Below the pieces are notes generated by a model, which worked only from the letters and a program-made list of their open reading frames with translations, searched no databases and was not told the DNA's origin. The translations under genes were made by a program, and so were the position numbers. Shown piece after piece: positions 24,396 to 35,416 of a stretch of DNA of 64,000 nucleotides (positions are counted from its first letter, which is position 1; each line of letters opens with the position of its first letter). The stretch is from an uncultured Gemmatimonadaceae bacterium (GTDB lineage: Bacteria; Gemmatimonadota; Gemmatimonadetes; Gemmatimonadales; Gemmatimonadaceae): positions 736,001 to 800,000 of the forward strand of contig CAVVTZ010000007.1 in NCBI GenBank assembly GCA_963751275.1. The letters are read 5' to 3'.

Positions 24396-25007
24396 ATGCG
24401 CCTGATCCCGAGAGATGAAGCGTTCTTCGAGATGTTCGCCGAGCTGGCCAAGCGCGTCTCCAGCGGCGCGCGGCTGCTCAGGCAGCTCTTCGCCGATCCG
24501 GCGAACCTCGAGAAGCACGTGGCCGCGATCAAGGCCGTGGAGCACGAGGCCGATGAGCTCACGCACAAGATCATCCTCCGCATCGACCGGAGCTTCGTCA
24601 CGCCGATCGACCGGGAGGACATCCACCTCCTGGCCGGCGAACTGGACGATGTGCTCGACCTGATGGACGGCACGGCCCGTCGCGCGCAGATGTTCCACAT
24701 CACCGAGGTGCGCGCGTCGGCGCTGCCGCTCTGCGACGTGCTCATCCGTGCCACCGAGCACATCGAGGCGGCGGTGGCCGAGATGAAGGATTCGCGCATC
24801 GTCGTCGCGCGCGGGCGCGACATCAAGCTGCGCGAGGAGGAGGGCGACCAGATCTACCACCAGGCGATCGGCGACCTGTTCGCCGGCAAGCCGGACGCGC
24901 TCGAGGTGATCAAGTGGAAGGAGCTCTTCGACACGCTCGAACGCGCGCTCGACCAGTGTGAGGATGTCGCGAACGTGCTGGAGAGCATCGCGCTGAAACA
25001 CAACTGA
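24396..25007 (+). CDS. DUF47 family (PhoU-like) Pit accessory protein
   Basis: Motifs EHEAD, FVTPIDREDI, EEEGD and ERALDQCEDVA; adjacent to pit. Confidence 0.92.
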   Translation: MRLIPRDEAFFEMFAELAKRVSSGARLLRQLFADPANLEKHVAAIKAVEHEADELTHKIILRIDRSFVTPIDREDIHLLAGELDDVLDLMDGTARRAQMFHITEVRASALPLCDVLIRATEHIEAAVAEMKDSRIVVARGRDIKLREEEGDQIYHQAIGDLFAGKPDALEVIKWKELFDTLERALDQCEDVANVLESIALKHN

Positions 25008-25011
25008 CCTC

Positions 25012-26043
25012 GTGATCCTCTACATCGTCGCGATCATCGCGGTCGCGTTCATCTTCGATTTCAGCAACGGCTTCCACGACTCGGCGAACTCCATCGCCAC
25101 GATCGTGGGCACGCGCGTGCTCAAGCCGCTGCCGGCGGTGATCTGGGCGGCGTCGTTCAACTTCGTGGCGGCGTTCGTGGTCGGCACGAAGGTGGCGCAG
25201 ACAATGGGGAAGGGCATGATCGACGTGTCGATCGTGGACCCGAACGTGATCCTTGGCGGACTGGTCGGTGCGATCATCTGGAACGTGATCACGTGGTACT
25301 TCGGCCTGCCGTCGAGTTCGTCGCACGCGCTGATCGGCGGCTATGGCGGCGCGGCCGTGGCCAAGGCGGGATTCCACGCGCTCATCGTGGCGGGGTGGAC
25401 GAAGGTGCTGCTCTTCATCGTCATCTCGCCGCTCGTGGGCATGGCGCTCGGCTACCTCCTGATGGTGCTCGTGATGTGGATCTTCCACCGGACGGCGCCA
25501 GCCCGGGTGGACCGCTTCTTCCGCGCGGCGCAGCTGGCGAGCTCCGCCCTCTTCTCGCTCGGTCACGGGGGCAACGACGCGCAGAAGACGATGGGCATCG
25601 TCGTCGGGCTGCTGGTGTCCACGCAGTCCCTGTTCGCGCACGAGACCGGGTGGATGCACAACCTGTACCTGCAGAATGCGGATCACATTCCGCTCTGGGT
25701 GGTGATGGGCGGGTACAGCGCGATCGCGCTCGGCACCCTGTTCGGCGGCTGGCGGATCGTGCTCACCATGGGAACGCGGATCACCAAGCTGCGCCCGGTG
25801 GGCGGATTCTGCGCGGAGACGGCGGGCGCGCTCAGCATCCTCATGGCGACGAACTTCGGGATCCCGGTGAGCACGACGCACACGATCACCGGCGCGATCA
25901 TGGGCGTCGGTGCGACCAACCGCCTGTCCGCGGTGCGGTGGGGCGTGGCGAAGCGGATCGTGTGGGGCTGGGTGCTCACGATCCCGATGGCCGCGCTGAT
26001 GGCGGCCGCGGTCTGGTGGATCCTGCAGCGCATCACCGGCTGA
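25012..26043 (+). CDS. pit: Inorganic phosphate transporter (PiT family)
   Basis: Signatures GFHDSANSIAT, PSSSSHAL, GGNDAQK and PVSTTH. Confidence 0.95.
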   Translation: MILYIVAIIAVAFIFDFSNGFHDSANSIATIVGTRVLKPLPAVIWAASFNFVAAFVVGTKVAQTMGKGMIDVSIVDPNVILGGLVGAIIWNVITWYFGLPSSSSHALIGGYGGAAVAKAGFHALIVAGWTKVLLFIVISPLVGMALGYLLMVLVMWIFHRTAPARVDRFFRAAQLASSALFSLGHGGNDAQKTMGIVVGLLVSTQSLFAHETGWMHNLYLQNADHIPLWVVMGGYSAIALGTLFGGWRIVLTMGTRITKLRPVGGFCAETAGALSILMATNFGIPVSTTHTITGAIMGVGATNRLSAVRWGVAKRIVWGWVLTIPMAALMAAAVWWILQRITG

Positions 26044-26053
26044 GGAGACCGAT

Positions 26054-26872
26054 ATGACCGCGCCCGACATCCGGTTCACCGGCAGCATCCCGGCGAACTA
26101 TGACAAGCTCCTCGGCCCCGTGTTCTTCGACCCCTACGCCCTGGACGCGGCGGCGCGGCTGCCGCGCAACGCGAAGCGCGTGCTGGAGGTGGCGTGCGGC
26201 AGCGGCGTGGTCACGCGCCGCCTGCGCGCCGTGATGCCGGCCGACGCGCATCTCACCGCCACCGACTTGAGCGAGTCGATGATCGCGTACGCGCGCTCCC
26301 GGATGCCGGGCGTCGCCGGCGTGGAATTCCAGTCCGCCGACGCGGGCGCGCTCCCGTTCCCCGACGCTTCGTTCGACGCCATCGTCTGCCAGTTCGGGAT
26401 CATGTTCGTGCCCGACAAGGCGGCGGCGTACCGGGAATTCCGGCGCGTGCTCGTGCCCGGTGGCACGTTGCTCTTCTCGGTGTGGGATGCGTTCGACAAG
26501 AATCCGGTGTCGCGACTCGCGCGTGAGACGGTGGTGAAACTCTTCCCGAACGATCCGCCCGATTTCCTCACGATCCCCTTCGGCTACCACAATGTGGAGG
26601 AGATCCGCGCGCAGGTGCGGGCCGCGGGATTCACCGCCGTCACGGCGGACCGCGTCGCCCGGGAGATGCGGAGTCCCTCGGGGCGTGAGCTTGCCGCCGG
26701 ATTCTGCACCGGGACGCCGCTCGCCACCGCCCTGGCCGAGCGCCCGTCGGTGCCGGTCGAGCGCGTGATCGATGCGATGGCGTTCGTGATCGGCGGCGCG
26801 TACGGTGAGAGGCCGGTCGTCGCGCCGATGCAGGCGATCGTCTTCACGGCCACGGCGCGCACCGAAGGATGA
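26054..26872 (+). CDS. Class I SAM-dependent methyltransferase (UbiE-like)
   Basis: Motifs VLEVACGSG, TDLSESM, LPFPDASFD and RVLVPGG. Confidence 0.88.
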   Translation: MTAPDIRFTGSIPANYDKLLGPVFFDPYALDAAARLPRNAKRVLEVACGSGVVTRRLRAVMPADAHLTATDLSESMIAYARSRMPGVAGVEFQSADAGALPFPDASFDAIVCQFGIMFVPDKAAAYREFRRVLVPGGTLLFSVWDAFDKNPVSRLARETVVKLFPNDPPDFLTIPFGYHNVEEIRAQVRAAGFTAVTADRVAREMRSPSGRELAAGFCTGTPLATALAERPSVPVERVIDAMAFVIGGAYGERPVVAPMQAIVFTATARTEG

Positions 26873-28317
26873 TCCCGCACGCGCTGTTCGGCGACGGCAT
26901 CTGGTGGGTGCTCTTCCTCTCCGTGGAGTGGGCGATCCGCATCGTCGCGCTGGTCATCGTGCCGTTCAAGCGTTCCCCCGAGACGGCGAAGGGATGGCTG
27001 CTGCTCATCATGTTCGAGCCCATCGTCGGGCTCGCGGTGTACCTCACGCTCGGGCGCACGCGCATGCCGGCCTGGCGGCTGAAGCGCGCCGTGGAGTTCG
27101 AGGAGATCGCGCGCCCGGTGTACGACCGTCTGATGTCGCACCCCGCGGTCTTCCACCCGGAACAGGCGCCGGCGATCGCGCCGGCCGTGCGCCTCACCGA
27201 GAAACTCGGCGAACTGCCGATCCTCGGCGGGAACAGCGTGGAGATCCTCTCCGACTACACCGGGATCCTCGACCGCCTCGTCGCGGACATCAATGCCGCG
27301 CAGATGCACGTGCATCTGCTCTTCTACATCGTGGCCGACGACCCCGTCTCGGCGCGGGTGATGGAGGCGCTGGAGCGCGCGCAGAAACGGGGCGTCGTTT
27401 GCCGTCTGCTCGCGGATTTCCTCGGCTCGCGGAAGGTCGGATTCCCGGCGCTCGCGCCGCGGCTCCGCGAGAAGGGGATCGAGGCGTTCGCCACGCTCAA
27501 GCCGGCGCTGCTGCGTTCGCGCGGCGCTCGCATGGACCTGCGCAATCACCGGAAGATCGCGGTGATCGACGGACGGATCGGCTACACGGGCTCCATGAAT
27601 CTCGTGGATCCGAACTTCAAGCCGGGGCTCACCTACGAGGAGTTGATGGCGCGCATGACCGGGCCCGCCGTGCTGGAGCTGCAGGCCGTATTCGCCCAGG
27701 ACTGGTACCAGGAGACCGGGAAGACCACTCAACCCGGCACGCCCTTCCCGGATCCCGAGATCACCGGCGCGACGCCGGCGCAGGTGCTGCCGAGCAGCCC
27801 GCTCTACCCGCGGCAGAACAGCCAGCGGCTGATCGTCGCGCTGCTGGGCGTCGCACGGGAACGCGCGGTGATCACCACGCCCTACTTCATTCCCGACGAC
27901 GCGCTGCGCCAGGCGCTCACCACGGCCGTAATGCGCGGCGTGGACGTGCGCCTCGTCGTGCCGGGGCAGGACGACCAACTGCTCGTGTCCAACGCGCAGA
28001 AGTCGTACTATGGGGAGTTGCTCACCGCGGGCGTGAAGATCTGCCGGTACTCGGAGCGCTTTCTGCACGCGAAACACGTCACGATCGACAACGAGATCGC
28101 GTGGATCGGATCGTCGAACATGGACATTCGCTCGTTCGCGCTGAACGCCGAGGTGGTGTTGCTCGCGTACGATCCGGCGGTGTGCGCGCAGATGCGGGCG
28201 GTGCAGGAGCGGTACTTTCGGGAAGGGGTGTGGCTCGACGCGGCGATCTGGGGCGCGCAGCCGCTCTGGCGCCAGGTGGGCTGGAACCTCGCCCGTTTGT
28301 TCAGTTCACTGCTTTAG
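26869..28317 (+). CDS. cls: Cardiolipin synthase
   Basis: Two N-terminal TM helices and two HKD motifs (NHRKIAVID, LHAKHVTID). Confidence 0.92.
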   Translation: MIPHALFGDGIWWVLFLSVEWAIRIVALVIVPFKRSPETAKGWLLLIMFEPIVGLAVYLTLGRTRMPAWRLKRAVEFEEIARPVYDRLMSHPAVFHPEQAPAIAPAVRLTEKLGELPILGGNSVEILSDYTGILDRLVADINAAQMHVHLLFYIVADDPVSARVMEALERAQKRGVVCRLLADFLGSRKVGFPALAPRLREKGIEAFATLKPALLRSRGARMDLRNHRKIAVIDGRIGYTGSMNLVDPNFKPGLTYEELMARMTGPAVLELQAVFAQDWYQETGKTTQPGTPFPDPEITGATPAQVLPSSPLYPRQNSQRLIVALLGVARERAVITTPYFIPDDALRQALTTAVMRGVDVRLVVPGQDDQLLVSNAQKSYYGELLTAGVKICRYSERFLHAKHVTIDNEIAWIGSSNMDIRSFALNAEVVLLAYDPAVCAQMRAVQERYFREGVWLDAAIWGAQPLWRQVGWNLARLFSSLL

Positions 28318-28326
28318 GACGGGGCC

Positions 28327-28980
28327 ATGCGCAAACTGATCGCGGGGATCATGGAGTTCCGGCGCCTCCGCCGCGCCGACTATGAGGAGACGTTCGCCCA
28401 GCTCGCGCTCGGCCAGCGTCCCGACGTGCTCTTCATCGCGTGTTCGGACAGCCGCGTCGCGGTGAACGTCTTCGCCTCTACGGACCCGGGTGACATGTTC
28501 GTGGTGCGCAACGTGGGGAACCTGATCCCGCCGAGCGATGCGGCAGGGCGGTCGGTGGGCGACGGGTCGGAGGCCTCGGCCATCGAGTTCGCGCTGGGGC
28601 GGCTGGCGGTGAGGCACATCATCGTGTGCGGACACTCGGATTGCGGCGCGATCACGGCGCTGTGCGCCGGGCGCGACACGATCGCTGAGCCGAACCTGCG
28701 CGCGTGGCTGCGGCACGCCGAGCCGGCGCTCGCGGCGGCGCGCCAGCTGGGGAAGGAGGATGTGAACACCGTGTCGCAGCTCAACGTGCTGCGGCAGCTG
28801 GAGCACATCGCGGGCTACCCCGTGGTGAAGTCGCGGATCGATCGAGGCGAGTTGGAACTGCATGGGCTGTGGTTCGACATTCGTCATGCGGACGTGTACT
28901 TCTTCGAGCGCTCGACCGGGGACTTCGTGCTGATCGACGACGAGGAGGGGAAGCGCGTGTTGACGCGACTTAAGGACTGA
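28327..28980 (+). CDS. Beta-class carbonic anhydrase
   Basis: Zinc-ligand motifs CSDSR, RNVGN and GHSDCG. Confidence 0.93.
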   Translation: MRKLIAGIMEFRRLRRADYEETFAQLALGQRPDVLFIACSDSRVAVNVFASTDPGDMFVVRNVGNLIPPSDAAGRSVGDGSEASAIEFALGRLAVRHIIVCGHSDCGAITALCAGRDTIAEPNLRAWLRHAEPALAAARQLGKEDVNTVSQLNVLRQLEHIAGYPVVKSRIDRGELELHGLWFDIRHADVYFFERSTGDFVLIDDEEGKRVLTRLKD

Positions 28981-29080
28981 AGAGCCATTACTGTCGCTTA
29001 ATATGGTCATTTGGGCGTTATTATGGCGCTATAATGTGCTTATATCTGTGGCGAGCCGCCTAGCGCACGAACGGGTACTC

Positions 29081-29096
29081 GTTACTTGGGCGTGAT
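29081..29096 (+). promoter_or_regulatory. Candidate PHO box upstream of ppk1
   Basis: GTTAC-N6-GTGAT (11-bp period), matching the motif before pstC and pstS. A TAGATT -10-like hexamer is at 29119. Confidence 0.45.
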
Positions 29097-29196
29097 TCAC
29101 GCGCGTCGGGTGAAGCGGTAGATTGTCAGGGACAACAAGATCACTTCCGCCGCCCGCGCCGTCGCTCGGGCGGCGACTCGTCTCCGCCACCAGGTC

Positions 29197-31359
29197 ATGC
29201 CCGATCGTCTCGCTGCGCCCGAGCTGTATCTCAATCGCGAGCTGAGCTGGCTCGAGTTCAATGCCCGTGTGTTGCACGAGGCGCTGGATCCGCGCACCCC
29301 GTTGCTCGAGCGCCTGAAGTTCCTGTCGATCTTCAGCACGAACCTCGACGAGTTCTACATGGTGCGCGTGGCCGGACTGCGCCGGCAGGTGGCCGCCGGC
29401 GTGTCCGTTTCGGCGCCCGACGGGCTCGCCCCGCAGGAGCAGCTCGACGCGATCGCGCGCATGGTGTCCGAGCAGCTGGCACTCCGTGACCGCTGCCTGC
29501 ACGGCGAGGTGCTGCCGGCGCTGGCGCTGCACGGCATCGAGCTCGTCTCGATGGAGGACCTCGACCGCACCGAGTTCGCGGCGGTGGACAGCTTCTTCGA
29601 GTCGCACGTCTTCCCGGTGCTCACGCCGCTGGCGGTGGATCCGGGGCATCCGTTCCCGTACATCTCGAACCTGTCGCTCTCGCTCGCGACCGAGATCCGC
29701 GATCCGATCACCGGCGATACACACTTCGCCCGCGTGAAGGTGCCCAAGAGCCTTTCGCGCTGGGTGTCCACCGGCAAGGCGCACCGCTTCGTGCCGCTGG
29801 AGCGCGTGATCGGCGCGAACCTCGGCGCGCTCTTCCCGGGGATGGAGATCCTGCGCTGGCACGCGTTCCGCATCACGCGCAACTCGGACATCGAGCTGGC
29901 GCCGAGCGAAGAGCCGGACGATCTGCTCGCGACGATCGAGGAGCAGGTCTTCCGCCGGCGCTTCGGCGAGGTCGTGCGCCTCGAGGTGCAGGCGGGGATG
30001 CCCGAGGCCACGCGGCTGCTGCTGCTCGAGGAGCTGCGCGACGACCGGCTGCCGCCGAACGCGACGCTCACCGACCGGGATGCGCACGAGTTCGGCGCGC
30101 TGCTCGAGCTGGGCGACCTCATGGAGATCGCGTCGCTGGACGTGCCGGAATTGCACGATCCGCCGTTCGTGCCGGTGACGCCGCCGCGGCTCCGCGGCGT
30201 GAACGGCGGGATCTTCGATGCGATCCGCCAGGCGGACATCCTGGTGCACCATCCCTTCGAGTCGTTCGCGACGAGCGTCGAGGCGTTCCTCGACCGAGCC
30301 GCCGAGGACCCGCAGGTGCTGGCGATCAAGCTGACGCTCTACCGCACGTCGGGCGACACGCCGATCGTGCGCGCGCTCACCGCCGCGGCGGAGCGCGGGA
30401 AGCAGGTGGTGGTGATGATGGAGATCAAGGCGCGCTTCGACGAGGCGAACAACATCACGTGGGGGCGCCAGCTCGAGAGCGCGGGCGTGCACGTGGTGTA
30501 CGGCGTGGCCGCGCTCAAGACGCACGCGAAGGTCTGCCTGGTGGTGCGGCGCGAGGCCGATGGCATCCGCCGCTACGTGCACATCGGGTCGGGCAACTAC
30601 AACTCACGCACCGCGCGACTGTACACCGATTTCGGCCTGTTCACCGCCGATCCGCTCATCGGGGCCGACGTGAGCGATCTGTTCAACTTCCTCACCGGCT
30701 TCTCGCACCAGCGCTCGTTCCGCCGTCTGTTGGTCGCGCCGTCCGAGCTGCGCGACCGCCTGAAGCAGCTGATCCGGCGCGAGGCCGACCACGCGCGCGC
30801 GGGCCGTCCGGCGCGCATCCTCGCCAAGATGAACGCGGTGGTGGACCCGGAGACGATCTTCGAGTTGTACGAGGCGTCGCAGGCGGGGGTGGAGATCGAC
30901 CTGATCGTGCGCGGCGCGTGTTCGCTGCGGCCGGGCGTCCCGGGACTCAGCGACCGGATCCGCGTGGTGGGGCACATCGGGCGGCTGCTCGAGCATTCGC
31001 GCATCTGGAACTTCGCGAACGGCGGCGCCGAGGAATTCTATCTGGGCTCGGCGGACTGGATGCAGCGCAATTTCGACCGCCGCGTGGAGGTCATCACGCC
31101 GGTGGTGGACGTCGCGCTGCATGAGCGGCTCCGCTCGCTCTTCGCGACCTATCTCGCGGACAACCGCCTCGCGTGGGACCTCGACTCCTCCGGGAAGTAC
31201 CACCAGCGCACGGCGGGCAGCGAGCCGGAGCGCAACGCGCAGACGATCCTGATGCTGCATCCGTGGGGCGAGATGGCGCCGAGCGTCACGGCGGCCGCGC
31301 CGGTGCCCGTGATGACGACGGCGGAGCGGGAGATCGCGATGGCGGTGGGATCCGAGTAG
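29197..31359 (+). CDS. ppk1: Polyphosphate kinase 1
   Basis: Motifs NRELSWLEFN, NLDEFYMVRVA, LVHHPFESF, KARFDE, KTHAK and LEHSR. Confidence 0.97.
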   Translation: MPDRLAAPELYLNRELSWLEFNARVLHEALDPRTPLLERLKFLSIFSTNLDEFYMVRVAGLRRQVAAGVSVSAPDGLAPQEQLDAIARMVSEQLALRDRCLHGEVLPALALHGIELVSMEDLDRTEFAAVDSFFESHVFPVLTPLAVDPGHPFPYISNLSLSLATEIRDPITGDTHFARVKVPKSLSRWVSTGKAHRFVPLERVIGANLGALFPGMEILRWHAFRITRNSDIELAPSEEPDDLLATIEEQVFRRRFGEVVRLEVQAGMPEATRLLLLEELRDDRLPPNATLTDRDAHEFGALLELGDLMEIASLDVPELHDPPFVPVTPPRLRGVNGGIFDAIRQADILVHHPFESFATSVEAFLDRAAEDPQVLAIKLTLYRTSGDTPIVRALTAAAERGKQVVVMMEIKARFDEANNITWGRQLESAGVHVVYGVAALKTHAKVCLVVRREADGIRRYVHIGSGNYNSRTARLYTDFGLFTADPLIGADVSDLFNFLTGFSHQRSFRRLLVAPSELRDRLKQLIRREADHARAGRPARILAKMNAVVDPETIFELYEASQAGVEIDLIVRGACSLRPGVPGLSDRIRVVGHIGRLLEHSRIWNFANGGAEEFYLGSADWMQRNFDRRVEVITPVVDVALHERLRSLFATYLADNRLAWDLDSSGKYHQRTAGSEPERNAQTILMLHPWGEMAPSVTAAAPVPVMTTAEREIAMAVGSE

Positions 31360-31413
31360 TTCGCTCGTTTCCAGCACGCAACGCCACACACGCACTAAGC
31401 CATGCCCGCAGTT

Positions 31414-33057
31414 CTAGTCTTCGTCGCCGCCGCGGATGTCGCCGCCCTCCTCGCGGTCGAACACATTCCCCTCGGGATCCACGATCTCCACCGGCGTCCC
31501 CGCGACCTCCTCGAGCAGGCGGGATTTCCGGCTCGCGCCCCACAGTTCCAGGCGCAGGGAGCGGCTCGCGATCCGCGGCACGGTGCTGATCCGGATGCAG
31601 CGCTCCACCCACCGCACCTTCACGCGGTCCACCGCGGCGACATGCCCGCGATCGAGGCCGTCGGCCACGCGCAGCAGCGCCGCCAGCCGCCGCACCGAGC
31701 GGCGCATCACGCGGTCCAGCGCGGCGAACTCGGCGTGGCGCTTGGAGGGCTCGGCGCCGCGGTGATAGCGCGCGACGTGCGCCACCACCAATTGCTCCGC
31801 GGGTGACATCCCGAGCAGTTCCGCGTGCGAGATCAAATAGTACGAGTGCTTGTGGTGCCGGTCGTAGCTGATGTGATAGCCGATGTCGTGCAGCAGCGCG
31901 GCCGCGCTCAGCGTGTCGCGCTCCTGCGGCGAACAGCCGAGCCGCGCGCCGAGCGCATCGAAGAGCTGCAGCGAGAGCCGCTGCACCTGGGTGGAGTGGC
32001 GCTCCTCGAAGTGGCAGGCCTCGGCGAGGCGTCGCACCGAACGCTCGCGCGCGTCGCCGGGGCCGCCGATGGACGGCGCGATGCGCGCGTTCTCGAGCAG
32101 CAGCCCCTCGCGAATGCCGTAGCCGGACACGACGAGGCGGGGCGTGTCGAGGCGCGCCATCACTTCGGCGATCACCGCGAGGCCGGCGACGATGATGTCG
32201 GCGCGTCCGGCGTTGAGGCCGGGCACCGCGAGCCGCTCCTCGAGCGACATCCCCTGCAGCGCGTCCAGGATGTGCTCCAGCTCCACGCGGCTCACCGTGG
32301 TGCCGTGCACGGTGGGGAAGCCGGTGATCCCCTGACGGTAGAGCGCCATGCCGGCGAGGTTGGTGAACGTGCCGCCGGAGCCGATCACGGTGGCGCTGCG
32401 CCACTCGCGCGCGGGCAGATGCTGCTGCAGCTCGTGGCGCACGTGCCGCCGCAGCTTCTTGACCGCTTTGCGCGTGGTGTGCGGCGTGAGGAAGCGCTCG
32501 GTCATGCGCAGCACGCCGAACGGGAGCGAGACGAGCCGGTCCACGAGGCCCGCGGCGCTGAGCGCGAGTTCGAGCGATCCGCCGCCGATGTCCACGACGG
32601 CCGCGCGGCCGCCGCCAAGGTCGAAATGCGCGAGCGCGCTGCGGAAGCCGAGGCGCGCTTCATCGTCGCCGCGCAGGATGCGCACCTTGAGCTTGGCGGA
32701 CTGCTGCACGCGGCCGAGGAATTCGCGCGCGTTCTGCGCATCGCGCACCGCGCTGGTGGCCACGGCTTCGATGCGGCTCGCGCCGAGCTGCCGCGCGAGG
32801 GTGGCCATGCGCGTGATCGCCTCGGTGGCGCGCTCCATCGCGGCGTCGCTCAGATGTCCCGCATCGTCGAGTCCCGCGCCGAGGCGCGGCGCCGCCTTCA
32901 TTTCCCCCACCACCCGGATGTTCCCGTCGGGCGCCACATCGGCGACGATCTGCCGGATCGAGTTGGATCCGATGTCGATCGCGGCGACGCGCTCGTGCCC
33001 CGTTTCGGGCGTGCCGCCCGACAGGCGGGCGACGGATTCGGCGGTGGCGGATGTCAT
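31414..33057 (-). CDS. ppx: Exopolyphosphatase Ppx/GppA with C-terminal HD domain
   Basis: Motifs AAIDIGSNS, ATSAVRDA, DIGGGSLE, GIREG and LLHDIG. Confidence 0.93.
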   Translation of the reverse strand: MTSATAESVARLSGGTPETGHERVAAIDIGSNSIRQIVADVAPDGNIRVVGEMKAAPRLGAGLDDAGHLSDAAMERATEAITRMATLARQLGASRIEAVATSAVRDAQNAREFLGRVQQSAKLKVRILRGDDEARLGFRSALAHFDLGGGRAAVVDIGGGSLELALSAAGLVDRLVSLPFGVLRMTERFLTPHTTRKAVKKLRRHVRHELQQHLPAREWRSATVIGSGGTFTNLAGMALYRQGITGFPTVHGTTVSRVELEHILDALQGMSLEERLAVPGLNAGRADIIVAGLAVIAEVMARLDTPRLVVSGYGIREGLLLENARIAPSIGGPGDARERSVRRLAEACHFEERHSTQVQRLSLQLFDALGARLGCSPQERDTLSAAALLHDIGYHISYDRHHKHSYYLISHAELLGMSPAEQLVVAHVARYHRGAEPSKRHAEFAALDRVMRRSVRRLAALLRVADGLDRGHVAAVDRVKVRWVERCIRISTVPRIASRSLRLELWGASRKSRLLEEVAGTPVEIVDPEGNVFDREEGGDIRGGDED

Positions 33058-33060
33058 GCG

Positions 33061-33765
33061 CTAGGGCGAAGGGGCTGGGGTCTGGAGTTCGCGGCGGTGC
33101 TTGATCGATTTCCCTTCCGCAAGATACACCGCGTCCTCGGCGATGTTGGTCGCGAGGTCCGCGACCCGCTCGAGATTGCGGCTCACGAGGAACAGTTCGA
33201 GCGCGGCCGAGATCGTGGTCGGGTCCTCCAGCATGTGCGTGAGCAGGATCCGGAAGAGCGAGTCGTGCAGCGCATCCACCTGGTCGTCGCGCCGCGTGAC
33301 CTCGCGGCCGAGCGTGCCATCGGCGCGCACGAAGGCATCCAGCGCATCGGCGAGCATCGCGCGCGCGCGGCGCGCCATGTCCTCGATCTCGGGATCGGGG
33401 GTGATGTCCGATCGCATCTCGACCAGCCGGAGCGCCGACTGCGCGATGTTCACGGCGTGATCACCGACCCGTTCCAGGTCGCTCGAAATCTTCATGGCGC
33501 TGATGATGAAGCGCAAGTCCTTCGCCATCGGCTGCTGCAGCGCGAGCAGCGACACGGCGAGCTGCTCGATGTCCACCTCGAGCGTGTCCACCTCGTGGTC
33601 GGCGGCGATGACGGTCTCCGCCTTCGCGGTGTCGCGCTTGAGGAGCGCATCCACGGCGAGCTCGACGAGCGCTTCCGCGCGCGCCGACATGTCGAAGAGG
33701 CGCTGCTTGAGTTGGTCGAGCTCGTCGTGGAAATGACGGAACCCGGTGCTGGCATCGATGCTCAT
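33061..33765 (-). CDS. phoU: Phosphate signalling protein PhoU
   Basis: Motifs [18 protein letters not shown] and [13 protein letters not shown]. Confidence 0.96.
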   Translation of the reverse strand: MSIDASTGFRHFHDELDQLKQRLFDMSARAEALVELAVDALLKRDTAKAETVIAADHEVDTLEVDIEQLAVSLLALQQPMAKDLRFIISAMKISSDLERVGDHAVNIAQSALRLVEMRSDITPDPEIEDMARRARAMLADALDAFVRADGTLGREVTRRDDQVDALHDSLFRILLTHMLEDPTTISAALELFLVSRNLERVADLATNIAEDAVYLAEGKSIKHRRELQTPAPSP

Positions 33766-34580
33766 CCGAATCTCCCGGTGACGTACGCTTCGGTGCGCTC
33801 TTCGCGCGGGCTGGTGAAGAGGCGGCTGGTCTCGCCGGTCTCGATCAGCCGGCCGAGGTAGAAGAACGCGGTGACCTCCGAGACGCGCGCCGCCTGCTGG
33901 AGGTTGTGCGTGACGATGACGATGGTGAGTTCGCGCTTCAATTCATAGAGCAGCTCCTCCACCTTCTGCGTCGCGATCGGGTCGAGCGCGCTCGCCGGCT
34001 CGTCGAGCAGGAGCACCTCGGGCTCGTTGGCGAGCGCGCGCGCGATGCAGAGGCGCTGCTGCTGGCCGCCGGAGAGGCCCAGGGCGTTCTGCCGCAGGCG
34101 GTCCTTCACCTCGTCCCAGAGCGCGGCGCGGCGCAGGGCGAGCTCCACGAGGCCATCGAGATCGGCGCGCGCGCGCGTGCCGTTGAGCTGCGGACCGAAG
34201 GCCACGTTCTCGTAGATCGACTTGGGGAAGGGGTTCGACCGCTGGAAGACCATCCCCACGCGCTGGCGGAGCGACACGGCATCGAATCCGGGCGCGTAGA
34301 TGTCGCGGCCGTCGAGCTCGATCGCGCCCGTGTGGCGCACGCCGGGGATGAGCTCCTGCAGCCGGTTCATCGAGCGCAGCAGCGTGGACTTGCCGCAGCC
34401 GGACGGTCCGATGAACGCCGTGACCGACCGCGGCTTGATCGCGAGATCGATGTCGTGCAGCGCCTGCTTCTTCCCGTACCAGAACGAATATCGCCGCGCG
34501 GCGATCGCGCCGGCGCGGGGCGCGACCGCCGGCGCCGCGCCATCGGGGCGCGGTCCGGCGAGCGACGGCGCCGCGGTCAT
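33762..34580 (-). CDS. pstB: Phosphate ABC transporter ATPase (copy 2)
   Basis: Motifs [24 protein letters not shown] and a terminal YVTGRFG. Confidence 0.95.
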   Translation of the reverse strand: MTAAPSLAGPRPDGAAPAVAPRAGAIAARRYSFWYGKKQALHDIDLAIKPRSVTAFIGPSGCGKSTLLRSMNRLQELIPGVRHTGAIELDGRDIYAPGFDAVSLRQRVGMVFQRSNPFPKSIYENVAFGPQLNGTRARADLDGLVELALRRAALWDEVKDRLRQNALGLSGGQQQRLCIARALANEPEVLLLDEPASALDPIATQKVEELLYELKRELTIVIVTHNLQQAARVSEVTAFFYLGRLIETGETSRLFTSPREERTEAYVTGRFG

Positions 34581-35416
34581 CCGAACCGTCCGGTGAGATA
34601 GCTCTCCGTGCGCGAGTCCTTCGGCGCCGTGAAGAGCTGTTCCGTCGGGCCGGTCTCGATCAGCTCGCCCAGCAGGAAGAAGGCCGTCGTGTCCGAGACG
34701 CGCGCGGCCTGCTGCATGTTGTGCGTGACGATCAGCACGGTGAAGTCCTTCCGCAGCTCCCACACGAGCTCCTCGACCTTCTGCGTGCTGATCGGATCGA
34801 GCGAGGCGGTCGGCTCGTCGAGCAGCAGCACTTCCGGCTCGGTCGCGAGCGCGCGCGCGATGCACAGCCGCTGCTGCTGGCCGCCGGACAGGCCGACCGC
34901 GCTCCCGTTCAGGCGGTCCTTCACTTCGTCCCACAGGGCCGCGCGGCGGAGCGCCTTCTCGACGATCGCCTCGGTCTCCGCCTTGCCGGGCTTGTCCGAC
35001 CCGAGCACGCGCAGCCCCGCGCTCACGTTCTCGCGAATGGTCATCGTCGGGAAGGGGGTGGGCCGCTGGAAGACCATGCCGACGTGCCGCCGCACCTGCA
35101 CGGGGTTCACGCCCTTGCCGTACACGTCGCGCCCGTCGAGCAGCACGCTGCCGGTCGCGCGCGCGCCGCTCACGGTCTCGTGCATGCGGTTGAGACAGCG
35201 CAGGAAGGTGGACTTGCCGCACCCCGACGGTCCGATCATCGCCGTCACCCGGCGCTCGGCGACGCTGAGGGATACGTTGCGCACCGCGTGCACCGAACCG
35301 AACCACGCATTCAGGTTCGAGACCGTGATGCGATCGCGCGCCGGCGCCTCCGCGCCGCGTTCCTGCCGCGCGGGGACGACGAAGGTGCTGCGACGCGGCT
35401 CGCTAATCGCCGCCAC
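34577..35416 (-). CDS. pstB: Phosphate ABC transporter ATPase (copy 1); start approximate
   Basis: Motifs [24 protein letters not shown] and a terminal YLTGRFG. Confidence 0.93.
   Translation of the reverse strand: MAAISEPRRSTFVVPARQERGAEAPARDRITVSNLNAWFGSVHAVRNVSLSVAERRVTAMIGPSGCGKSTFLRCLNRMHETVSGARATGSVLLDGRDVYGKGVNPVQVRRHVGMVFQRPTPFPTMTIRENVSAGLRVLGSDKPGKAETEAIVEKALRRAALWDEVKDRLNGSAVGLSGGQQQRLCIARALATEPEVLLLDEPTASLDPISTQKVEELVWELRKDFTVLIVTHNMQQAARVSDTTAFFLLGELIETGPTEQLFTAPKDSRTESYLTGRFG

Noticed and set aside
29020..29050. dif-like XerCD site (GGCGCTATAA TGTGC TTATATCTG)
   Set aside because: The spacer is 5 rather than 6 bp and the XerD arm matches TTATGTTAAAT poorly.
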